IMG/VR virus record: IMGVR_UViG_3300028033_000029
DNA: 64,000 bases
Reading direction: 5' to 3' (one strand)
Source of the DNA: an uncultured virus (IMG/VR IMGVR_UViG_3300028033_000029)
Lineage: Duplodnaviria > Heunggongvirae > Uroviricota > Caudoviricetes
Shown piece by piece: positions 50,575 to 58,898 of this stretch. Made by a program: the position numbers and the translations under genes. Each line of letters opens with the position of its first letter. Within the stretch, counting starts at the first letter, position 1. The notes beneath the pieces were generated by a model, which had not been told where the DNA came from, did no database searches, and worked only from the letters and a program-made list of their open reading frames with translations.

Positions 50575-50640
50575 ATTATAACTAATTTCAAAAAAATACG
50601 CAAATTTTTTATTGACATTTCATCACAAGAAATATATAAT
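50575..50640. promoter_or_regulatory. Divergent promoters at repressor
   Basis: Plus TTGACA-17-TATAAT 50612-50640; minus TTGCGT-17-TATAAT 50575-50603. Confidence 0.7.
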
Positions 50641-50691
50641 AAAATTAAATGACAATAATTTATTTTTAATCACAAAAAATAAAAAATATGA

Positions 50692-51108
50692 ATGGAGGTT
50701 ATAAATATGGAGGGAAAAATCTTTAAAAAACCACAATTAAGGAGTAAATATATGGAGAGGTGGTACGAGATTTTATGCAATACTTCCGAAAGAGAGGAAG
50801 AATTCATTGAAAGATTTTACGAAAATAACGGATGGATATTAAAAGCTTTGTACAACTATCGAATATACCAAATTCAACAAGGCAGAGGACAGAATATTAC
50901 ACCACAAGAATTGTCTCAAACAAGAGAAGAGGACGAGCTTATACACAAATTAGAAGAGATGTTTTTATATCCAATTTATAAATCAACTTTAAAGTTAATA
51001 AGAGAGACATTTATTAATTATGAGGAATTATTGGAATTACATAGCAAATATACAGAATATCCTTTAGAAAAAATAATTGTAGAATATAGAAATAATTTTA
51101 TTTATTAA
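50692..51108 (+). CDS. Hypothetical protein (start probably 50707)
   Basis: Divergent from repressor; GGAGG precedes second ATG. Confidence 0.7.
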   Translation: MEVINMEGKIFKKPQLRSKYMERWYEILCNTSEREEEFIERFYENNGWILKALYNYRIYQIQQGRGQNITPQELSQTREEDELIHKLEEMFLYPIYKSTLKLIRETFINYEELLELHSKYTEYPLEKIIVEYRNNFIY

Positions 51109-51160
51109 ATAGGGGAAACGAGGAAAGGGTAAAAAAATAAAAAACAAGGAGGATGGTATT

Positions 51161-51682
51161 ATGCATATAGCATTAACAGGCTGGGCAGGTGCAGGAAAAA
51201 CTACAGTTGCCCAGTATTTGGAACAAAAGTATAGGTATAAACGAATTAGTTTTGCTGATGGAATAAAAGATATTGCAAAAAAATATTTTTTTGTGCAAGA
51301 AAAAAATAGGAAATTGTTACAACAAATCGGTGAAAAAATGAGAGAAATAGATCAAGATGTATGGGTAAAATACACACTTCATAGGATAGAATACATAGAA
51401 TTAGATTCGCCAGTTGTAATTGATGATTTAAGACGTATGAATGAATTTGAGGCTTTACAAAGGAAAGGTTTTATAGTAATACGTATTGAAGCAAATGAAG
51501 ATATAAGGATTGATAGGCTAATTAAAAGAGATGGCTTTTGTGATAGAACTTTACTTTATAATGAAAGTGAAAATGGAGTTGCACATTTGGAATTCCCTAT
51601 AATATATAATAATGGTACCTTAGATGAATTATATAGAAATATTGATAAATTAATGACAAATTTACTGGTTTCCAATTATTAA
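51161..51682 (+). CDS. Nucleotide (dNMP-type) kinase
   Basis: GWAGAGKT P-loop; SFAD..K, LLQQIG..MR, VIDDLR..NE. Confidence 0.85.
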   Translation: MHIALTGWAGAGKTTVAQYLEQKYRYKRISFADGIKDIAKKYFFVQEKNRKLLQQIGEKMREIDQDVWVKYTLHRIEYIELDSPVVIDDLRRMNEFEALQRKGFIVIRIEANEDIRIDRLIKRDGFCDRTLLYNESENGVAHLEFPIIYNNGTLDELYRNIDKLMTNLLVSNY

Positions 51683-51759
51683 AATAACAGAAATTTGTAA
51701 TTGCGAGGTGTTATTATGTTATAAAAAAGGAACTAAAAAGATAAATGGAGGGGTAGTAT

Positions 51760-52305
51760 ATGAGTTTTTATCGATTAATTTTCTTTATTGTGTTACTCAT
51801 AATATTAATAATAACACCAATACATACTTCTAATAAAAGTACAATTTTATTGAAAAATAATGAAATTTACAAAGAAAAAATTGCAAAAATAAAAGATAAT
51901 AATAATAATAATACAGTTAAAACTCAAAAAAATGCAAGTTTAAATAATAATAACATCAAAAAAGAAGAAGAACAGCAATATAAAGTAGTTATTATGGAGG
52001 TTACCGCATATACCTTAAATGAATGTGGTAAATCTCCTGATGATAAATATTATGGTATAACAGCAAGCGGGACAAGAGCAAGAGAGTATCGAACTGTTGC
52101 AGCAAGTAGAAGCATACCATTTGGTACAAGAATTAAAATACCAGCTTTTGAAGAGTTTGTGGGTAGGAATAATATTGAGTTTGTTGTTGAAGATAGAGGG
52201 GGCGCTATAACAGAAGGAAAACTTGATGTGTATGTATCAGATGTTGATTTAGCTAAGCAGTGGGGCAGAAGAAAGGTTGAGGTAATAATTTATGGGAGGG
52301 ATTGA
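51760..52305 (+). CDS. 3D-domain cell-wall protein
   Basis: N-terminal TM; TAY, GITASG, EDRGGAI...LDVY. Confidence 0.88.
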   Translation: MSFYRLIFFIVLLIILIITPIHTSNKSTILLKNNEIYKEKIAKIKDNNNNNTVKTQKNASLNNNNIKKEEEQQYKVVIMEVTAYTLNECGKSPDDKYYGITASGTRAREYRTVAASRSIPFGTRIKIPAFEEFVGRNNIEFVVEDRGGAITEGKLDVYVSDVDLAKQWGRRKVEVIIYGRD

Positions 52306-52306
52306 T

Positions 52307-52571
52307 ATGTTATTTAAAATTGGCGTTTTCTTTGTAATAATTTTCTTTTTAGTGTGGGCATATGTGATTTTTTCTTCAGGAACAGGAAATCATCATAATA
52401 GAGATTGGAGATGATATTATGTGGTTAGTAATAGTAATAATATTGTATGGTACTATATCAGCTTTGATAGGATTTATGTTATGTGCCTCATTTACGGCGG
52501 GTAAGATAAGCGAGTTAGAAGCACAACTATATGAATTGCATCAAAATAACAGAGGGGATGTTAATGGATAG
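52307..52571 (+). CDS. Two small membrane ORFs (52307-52414, 52419-52571)
   Basis: SD-preceded hydrophobic 35 and 50 aa peptides by manual translation. Confidence 0.45.
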
Positions 52572-52827
52572 GTTTGAGCAATTTCTTTTAAAGGAGTTGC
52601 AAAAAGCAAGAGATGAGTTTGAGTACATTGAAAGCTGGTTAGAGCGTGCAGAAAGAGAATATAAAGAAAATATTGTAATTTTTGGTAAAAAATATACATC
52701 TGATGCTGAAGTTGTAGATGCTAGAAGGGCATATCGCACTGTAAAACGTGAGCTTGGATTGTTGGAATCTATTTATGAAACGTACAAATGTTTTAAAGAG
52801 GGAAAGGAAATGTACAAAAATGAGTAA
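52531..52827 (+). CDS. Hypothetical coiled-coil protein
   Basis: ORF track; start probably internal (MDRFEQ). Confidence 0.6.
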   Translation: MNCIKITEGMLMDRFEQFLLKELQKARDEFEYIESWLERAEREYKENIVIFGKKYTSDAEVVDARRAYRTVKRELGLLESIYETYKCFKEGKEMYKNE

Positions 52828-53062
52828 AGATAAAATAGTTTTTACCTTTTATGGAATTTTTACGGGTACAGAATATAAGATTTATCCGACAGAGGGTAGA
52901 TATGAGATTATTTACGAAGAATTACCTAAAGAAATGGTCGAGGCAATGGTAAGTGGGCATATCGAACGATTAGGTGTGGCTTTTAGAACTTTTTATTATA
53001 CTTTACTGTACAATTTAGGTATTTTTACAATGATAGACAAAATAATCAAAAAGAATTGTTAA
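52748..53062 (+). CDS. Hypothetical protein (start probably 52820)
   Basis: ORF track. Confidence 0.55.
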   Translation: MSLDCWNLFMKRTNVLKRERKCTKMSKDKIVFTFYGIFTGTEYKIYPTEGRYEIIYEELPKEMVEAMVSGHIERLGVAFRTFYYTLLYNLGIFTMIDKIIKKNC

Positions 53063-53277
53063 GTAAAAACTGTTATGGTAAATGTGGGGTGTTGATTGTG
53101 ATTATATGGAAGAAAAATAATTGTCTCATTAAACAAGATGAGATTGGGGAATATTTACAAAAAATTGCAAGTCAGATGTTTGAAGAAGGGGTAGAAGTAT
53201 TAAATGTAACAATAATTAAAAGCGGAAGAGTTGGGTATGTGAGTGTAGATATTTTTGGAAAAGCAAACGAAAATTAG
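53056..53277 (+). CDS. Hypothetical protein
   Basis: ORF track. Confidence 0.5.
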   Translation: MLSKNCYGKCGVLIVIIWKKNNCLIKQDEIGEYLQKIASQMFEEGVEVLNVTIIKSGRVGYVSVDIFGKANEN

Positions 53278-53337
53278 ATTTTTCTTTTTTGTTTTTGTGC
53301 TTTAATAATAGAAATAAATTTCAAAGGAGATGGTAAA

Positions 53338-54330
53338 GTGGTAATTACGGAAACGCAAACTGATAAAGAATTAGAAGGGAAAATGCCTACCAAAGTGAAA
53401 CTTTTTACCCACACTGATTTGGATGGCGTTGGTTGTGCAATATTGGGGAAAATAGTGAGTATGGTAAATAATATTGATGTGGAAATAGAATTTTGTGATT
53501 ATAATAATATAAATGACAAAGTTAATGATTTTTTGAAAGTAATTAATAATTATGATAAAGTATTCATAACGGACATATCAGTAAATGAGGAAATAGCAGA
53601 AAAGCTTGATAAATATAGTGATAAAGTGGTTTTGTTAGACCATCATAAAACGGTAAACTTTTTAAATAAATATAAATGGGCGCACGTATATGAGACTTTA
53701 GCGATCGATTTTGGGATTGATATACATATAAAAGTGTGTGGGGCATATTTATTTTTGGATTATTTAGTTAATTCAGGTTATTTTAAAAAATTTGAATTTT
53801 TACACATTCTAACTGATTTTATTGGAGTGATTCGAGAATATGATACTTGGGAATGGGTAGAAATTGATAATATTTTAGCAAAACAATTGAATGATTTATT
53901 GTATATTTTGGGTAGGGAAAGATTTATTGATGAGTTTGTAAGACAATTATTAAATGGTAAATTTGTAATAAATGATAAATTGAATTTTTTATTAGAATTA
54001 GAACAAGAGAAGATTGATGATTATATAGATAGTAAAAATAAAAATTTAGTTGTTAGAAATATAAGTGAATATAAAGTAGGAATTGTGTTTGCTGAAAGAT
54101 ACATATCGGAATTAGGAAACAAACTAATGGAGTTACATCCTGAATTAGATTTTGTTGCGATTGTGAATACGGATAAAGCAATTAGTTATAGAACAAATAA
54201 AGGCAATATTGATTTAAGTGAATTTGCAAAAATATATGGTGGTGGGGGACATCCACAGGCAGCAGGAAGTCTTATAAATGATGAAATGAAGAATAAAATC
54301 ATTGATGTATTATTCCAAAAAAAATTTTGA
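53338..54330 (+). CDS. DHH/DHHA1 phosphoesterase (nanoRNase NrnB-like)
   Basis: HTDLDG, ITD, LDHH, GGGGH..AAG. Confidence 0.9.
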   Translation: MVITETQTDKELEGKMPTKVKLFTHTDLDGVGCAILGKIVSMVNNIDVEIEFCDYNNINDKVNDFLKVINNYDKVFITDISVNEEIAEKLDKYSDKVVLLDHHKTVNFLNKYKWAHVYETLAIDFGIDIHIKVCGAYLFLDYLVNSGYFKKFEFLHILTDFIGVIREYDTWEWVEIDNILAKQLNDLLYILGRERFIDEFVRQLLNGKFVINDKLNFLLELEQEKIDDYIDSKNKNLVVRNISEYKVGIVFAERYISELGNKLMELHPELDFVAIVNTDKAISYRTNKGNIDLSEFAKIYGGGGHPQAAGSLINDEMKNKIIDVLFQKKF

Positions 54331-54337
54331 AGTGGTA

Positions 54338-54435
54338 TTGACAAAATAAAAATTTAGTGTTAATATAAAATTACAAATAAAAATAATAAAAATTTTTGAA
54401 AAAGGTATTGACAAAATAAAAATATATGGTATAAT
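54338..54435 (+). promoter_or_regulatory. Tandem duplicated sigma-A promoters
   Basis: GGTATTGACAAAATAAAAAT repeated 70 bp apart (-35 at 54338 and 54408). Confidence 0.8.
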
Positions 54436-54521
54436 AAAAATGTAAGAGAACACATTGCATACTACTTTTACTAATGATATAAATACAAAATAGAAATTGT
54501 AATTTGTATCTTGTTAAAAAT

Positions 54522-54786
54522 AAGATGCGTACAGCAATATTTTAAAATATTTTAATTAGAGCGGATAAGGCGCTAACAGCAAATATTCTTCAGAGGTAAG
54601 ATTGAGGATCTTGTACTTACAAGCGTCTTGTAATGAGAGACACTAACAGCAAATAACAAGGATAAGCTTGCTAAGCTTATATTCTGGTGTCTCGTTAAGT
54701 TATCTAACTTATGAGTTACTGACTTTGGAGTCAGTTTCGATACTTACAGCATAAACAGTATAATAATAATGATTAAAAGTATCGAG
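54522..54786 (+). ncRNA. Array of four ACAGCA-motif RNA units (first lacks its own 3' arm)
   Basis: Units at 54522, 54567-54629, 54637-54693, 54736-54786: 8-10 bp closing stems of different sequence, each followed by ACAGCA. Confidence 0.8.
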
Positions 54787-54796
54787 GAGGGATATT

Positions 54797-56269
54797 ATGA
54801 GTGAAAGATTTATTAATGCATTAAAGACGGAAAATAATTTTACCGCTACAGAAAATGAGGCAATAGCATTAAAAAGTACAAACAGTGCTTTATTAGATTT
54901 ATTTGGCGAAATAGGGGCTTTAAGAAATAGGGCAGAGAGTGAGATAGAGGCAAAATTTATAAAAGCATTTGCAGAAGATAAGTTGTTGGCAACTAAAATG
55001 GCATTTTACGCAAGAGATATTAGAGGTGGTCTTGGTGAAAGAAGAGTGTTTAGAGTAATTTTAAAATACTTAGCTAATGTTCGTCCAGAAATAGTGATAA
55101 AAAACCTGTATAATATACCTTTTTATGGCAGATGGGATGACTTATATACCCTAATAGGTACCCCAGTAGAAAAAAGCATGTGGGAATTCATAAAAAGACA
55201 GTTGCAAGAAGACTTAGAAAGCGTGGCTAATAATAAACCAGTAAGCTTGTTAGGGAAATGGTTAAAGTCAGTAAACACAAGCTCACAAGAATCAAGAGTA
55301 TTAGGTAAATTAACCGCCAAAAATTTAGGATTAAGTGAAAAACAATATAGAAAAATATTGTCAGAGCTTAGGAAATATATAGATGTAGTAGAAAGAAAGA
55401 TGACGGCTAACGAATGGGATAAAATAAATTACTCATCTGTTCCTTCAAGAGCTATGACGATATATAGAAATGCTTTCTATAGACATGACCCTAACAGATT
55501 TGATGAGTTTATTGAAAATGTTAAGCAGGGAAAAGAAAAAATAAATTCATCTACCTTATATCCTTACGATATATTAGAAAGAATGTGTGATGAAGGGTTT
55601 GATTTAGCATATATAAAGTATGACCCAGTATTAGAAGAACAATGGAAAGCACTACCGAACTATATAGATGGCGAACATAATGTATTGGTAATGGCAGACA
55701 CTTCAGGTAGTATGATAGGTAGACCAATGGCAACATCGGTAGGATTAGCGATATACTTTGCTGAAAGGAATAAAGGTATATGGCGCAACAAATTTATGAC
55801 GTTCTCTTCTGAACCTTCATTTGTAGAAATAAAAGGTGATACATTATATGAAAAATTGAAGTGTGTGCCAGAAATTGTAGGAAATACAAATTTAGAAGCT
55901 GCATTAAAATTAATTTTAGGTACTGCTATTAAGCATAAATTAACACAAGAAGATATACCAAAATCATTAATCATTATATCAGATATGCAATTTGATGATG
56001 CTACTGAGGATTATGGTAAAATGACATTTTACGATACAATGAAAGAAATATATAACAGAGCAGGATATGAAATACCAAATATAGTATTTTGGCAAGTAGA
56101 TAGTAGAAGAGATTCATTCCAAGTCACATCAGAATATAAAGGAGTACAATTAGCAAGTGGACAATCGCCAAGCGTATTTAAATCGATACTTAATACAATA
56201 GGGAAAACCCCATATGAAGCAATGTTAGAAATATTGAATAATCCAAGATATGATTATGTGGTAGTCTAA
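54797..56269 (+). CDS. DUF2828-family protein (TROVE/Ro60-like helical domain + vWA)
   Basis: TEN.A...ST...LDLF, RDIRGGLGER, YGRWDD; MIDAS DTSGS, ISDMQFD, VFW. Confidence 0.85.
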   Translation: MSERFINALKTENNFTATENEAIALKSTNSALLDLFGEIGALRNRAESEIEAKFIKAFAEDKLLATKMAFYARDIRGGLGERRVFRVILKYLANVRPEIVIKNLYNIPFYGRWDDLYTLIGTPVEKSMWEFIKRQLQEDLESVANNKPVSLLGKWLKSVNTSSQESRVLGKLTAKNLGLSEKQYRKILSELRKYIDVVERKMTANEWDKINYSSVPSRAMTIYRNAFYRHDPNRFDEFIENVKQGKEKINSSTLYPYDILERMCDEGFDLAYIKYDPVLEEQWKALPNYIDGEHNVLVMADTSGSMIGRPMATSVGLAIYFAERNKGIWRNKFMTFSSEPSFVEIKGDTLYEKLKCVPEIVGNTNLEAALKLILGTAIKHKLTQEDIPKSLIIISDMQFDDATEDYGKMTFYDTMKEIYNRAGYEIPNIVFWQVDSRRDSFQVTSEYKGVQLASGQSPSVFKSILNTIGKTPYEAMLEILNNPRYDYVVV

Positions 56270-56276
56270 GTTGTAA

Positions 56277-56330
56277 AAGGCGCTCACAGCAACTACTCAG
56301 GGGTTCTTGAAAAACCTTGTTGAGCGCCTT
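56277..56330 (+). ncRNA. Fifth ACAGCAA stem-loop unit after DUF2828 gene
   Basis: AAGGCGCTC-ACAGCAA...GAGCGCCTT followed by T-tract. Confidence 0.8.
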
Positions 56331-56693
56331 GTTTTTATAATATTTTTCAAAGGTAATGTATTATATAAGAAAAGAACACAATTGGAGGTATGTGTTATGG
56401 ATTATATTATAGAAATCCATATAAATAATCACAACAAGACAGATTATCAGGTTAGAGTATTTAAAACAGAGAGTTTTAATAGATATGTTGAAAGGATAAA
56501 AAATGGCGAAAGTTTTATTGTGTACGATATTTTTGGTAATCGTGGAGGAGTTACATTACCAAAATTGTATAGTAATTTTAAAATTTTAAGAGAAGATGAA
56601 GATAATTTTGTATTTACAATGACAATATTCACAACGCGTGGTAATTTTGAAAGAACAGTTTATTTAAGCAAAGTATATAGTGAAAAAGATTAA
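56307..56693 (+). CDS. Hypothetical protein (true start probably ATG ~56397)
   Basis: GGAGG SD before MDYIIEI. Confidence 0.65.
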   Translation: MKNLVERLVFIIFFKGNVLYKKRTQLEVCVMDYIIEIHINNHNKTDYQVRVFKTESFNRYVERIKNGESFIVYDIFGNRGGVTLPKLYSNFKILREDEDNFVFTMTIFTTRGNFERTVYLSKVYSEKD

Positions 56694-56721
56694 ATAAAAA
56701 AATGAGAGAGGTGTTAAAATA

Positions 56722-57180
56722 ATGATGATAACAAAAGAAATATTAGAAAAATTAAGGAAAGAACAATTTGAATATATGAGAGCTAAATATCCAATGGGTG
56801 ATTTACCTAAATCTATGTTTATTGGTGGAAAATTTAATTTTAATAATTGGAATGGTGCAGATGACTTAATTAGATGTTATTTTTATGATGTTGAGATGTC
56901 TGATAAGTGGCAAATAGGGTATGAATTAAGAGATGGTTATTTGATTGTGAATTTATTTTATCATTGGGATCAAGCTTTTGCTATTGTAATTCATTATTGG
57001 CTTAATAATTCAGAAGAAATGTTTGAGGAAATACATGATATATACTATTTTTCATGGTATAAGCATCATGGACATACAGATATAGCTATTAAAAATGGGC
57101 ATATCATGACGGAGGATGAATATATTGAATTGCTTAATTTGATAGAAAAAACTGGTTATGAGTTTTGGATAGGTAAATAA
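56722..57180 (+). CDS. Hypothetical protein
   Basis: 152 aa, SD. Confidence 0.75.
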   Translation: MMITKEILEKLRKEQFEYMRAKYPMGDLPKSMFIGGKFNFNNWNGADDLIRCYFYDVEMSDKWQIGYELRDGYLIVNLFYHWDQAFAIVIHYWLNNSEEMFEEIHDIYYFSWYKHHGHTDIAIKNGHIMTEDEYIELLNLIEKTGYEFWIGK

Positions 57181-57193
57181 GGAGGAATGAAGG

Positions 57194-57499
57194 ATGACAA
57201 AAATAGAGGAATATTTGATTAAAAAGAAGGCAAAAGAACAATTAGAAGCGTTTGCTAAATATAGGGGTAATGATGCATATAATATAGGTATTAATATAAT
57301 TCAGGAATCCCCCGACAAATATTATTTACAAATTAATACTAATGGTATTGCATTCAATAAAGAAGCTATTAGACGTTTTGGAACGAAAATATTTAATGAA
57401 TTAGGTAATATTGCTATAAAAGCAGCGAGAGATTTAGAGGTAGAATTAAATGAAATGAAGGAAGAAGTTAGAATAGAACTAAAAGAAATTCTTAGATAA
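57194..57499 (+). CDS. Hypothetical protein
   Basis: 101 aa, SD. Confidence 0.75.
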   Translation: MTKIEEYLIKKKAKEQLEAFAKYRGNDAYNIGINIIQESPDKYYLQINTNGIAFNKEAIRRFGTKIFNELGNIAIKAARDLEVELNEMKEEVRIELKEILR

Positions 57500-57537
57500 G
57501 AAAATATCTAAAAGGTACAAAGTGTGGAGGTGTATGA

Positions 57538-57699
57538 ATGTTAAAACTTGATTGGTATGATAAAATGTTGTTGTTAATGCTTTTAGAAGAAAAAATACAT
57601 AGGTTAGAGGAAGAGAAGCGTCGATTAATACTAAAATTAGAGTATTTTAGAGGAACTCTATCAGAAAGTCTTTTAACAAAAAATATCTTGACAAACTAA
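57538..57699 (+). CDS. Small hypothetical protein (53 aa)
   Basis: GGAGG SD; manual translation. Confidence 0.55.
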   Translation: MLKLDWYDKMLLLMLLEEKIHRLEEEKRRLILKLEYFRGTLSESLLTKNILTN

Positions 57700-57810
57700 G
57701 AAAATATGCTATAATATTTATCGAGGAGGTGATATGAGGCAGTAATAAAGTGGTAAACTTAAATGATAATAGTAAACAATATAAATAATGATTAAGGAGG
57801 AGATTGTACT

Positions 57811-58611
57811 ATAGCGGAACAAAGATTATATAAACATTTAGAAGAATTAGTTTATAATAATAATCCAACAATTATTTGTAATTGGGCTACAGGTTTAGGA
57901 CGAACATATGGAGTTGCGCAAAAGATAATAAAAAATAGACTATCAAATGTTTTATATGTGAGTTTTGATTCAAAAATAGACTATTTAGCAAATAAAATAT
58001 CTGTAATAGTTAAAGACAAAGATTTCCCAGATAGAGATAATGTTTTTCTACGAATATCTAAAGAATATATAATTATTGAATATCGAGACAATGAGCATAC
58101 AAAAACCCAAATTTTTAATGCTGAAACATTGAGAAGCAGAGATTATGTTTCTGATTGTTTTGATTTAATAATCTTTGATGGGGTATTGCCTTTTAATATT
58201 GGTTATAAAGCAAAACAGATGGTATCAATGATTAGTGTTAATAATTATGATAAAAAATTGCAAAGATTGTACCCAATGGCTGATATTATCGAGTATGATT
58301 ATAGATATGGTGTCGAACAAGGTATTTTAGATGAAAACACAATTAAAAAAATAGAAGATGAATCTTATTATTATGATAAGTTTGCTATTTTAGATAAACC
58401 TGAAAGCAAATTAATAAATAATAATTATAATGATAGATATCACGAAGTTGCTGATACTTATATAGTTACAGATCGAAACAAATTTTTGGTACAAACATTA
58501 GCAAAACTTTATACTGAATATGATAAAATTTTCCCAAGTGAAGGGACATTATCGTATAGATTGACTTTGTTAAATATGATTTTTCGAATTAAAAAAGCTT
58601 TGGAAAGTTAA
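57811..58611 (+). CDS. Degenerate P-loop/helicase-like protein, probable ATA start
   Basis: Frame of ORF 57958 open back to 57796; AGGAGG 10 nt before ATA 57811; ATGLGRT and FDLIIFD. Confidence 0.55.
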   Translation: MAEQRLYKHLEELVYNNNPTIICNWATGLGRTYGVAQKIIKNRLSNVLYVSFDSKIDYLANKISVIVKDKDFPDRDNVFLRISKEYIIIEYRDNEHTKTQIFNAETLRSRDYVSDCFDLIIFDGVLPFNIGYKAKQMVSMISVNNYDKKLQRLYPMADIIEYDYRYGVEQGILDENTIKKIEDESYYYDKFAILDKPESKLINNNYNDRYHEVADTYIVTDRNKFLVQTLAKLYTEYDKIFPSEGTLSYRLTLLNMIFRIKKALES

Positions 58612-58689
58612 GCTACAAATAATTCAATAAAAGAGTAGTTTTATTTAATAAGTACAAATTATAATAATAATGGTATAGGAGGTGGTAGC

Positions 58690-58884
58690 GTGGTATTAAC
58701 AAAACATCAAATAGAAACATTCTCTATAGAGGAAGATACATACAGTGCATATATAAAACCTAATGATTATTTTTTAGAAATGTCAGATGATGTAGCGGTA
58801 TCTTCCTTAATAAAAATTCGCATTAAAGATATTGAAACTTATATTAAAAGAGATGATTTGCGAGTAATTTTAAATAATTTATAA
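58690..58884 (+). CDS. Small hypothetical protein
   Basis: SD + GTG. Confidence 0.65.
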   Translation: MVLTKHQIETFSIEEDTYSAYIKPNDYFLEMSDDVAVSSLIKIRIKDIETYIKRDDLRVILNNL

Positions 58885-58898
58885 GGAGGTAATTTTTA

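Larger units (their letters stand above)
38573..56058 (+). repeat. Dispersed strand-polar ATAACAG motif (~46 copies)
   Basis: Hand count; ~40 copies in 38573-48332. Confidence 0.9.

Noticed and set aside
54476..54510. Sixth ACAGCA unit (GATATAAA/TTTGTATC hairpin)
   Set aside because: Lacks ACAGCA; AU-rich pairing may be chance.
54575..54652. Link between the ACAGCA handle and the dispersed ATAACAG motif
   Set aside because: Only AACAG is shared; array units read CTAACAG, GTACAG, TTACAG or TCACAG and dispersed copies lack closing stems. Treated as separate.
54718..54735. ACTGACT-TTGG-AGTCAGT as a Ser(GGA) anticodon mimic
   Set aside because: Symmetry gives a 4- or 6-nt loop, not 7.
54522..54786. 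tRNA genes or CRISPR array
   Set aside because: No cloverleaf, T-loop or CCA; conserved identical sequence is only ~6-7 nt; no cas genes.
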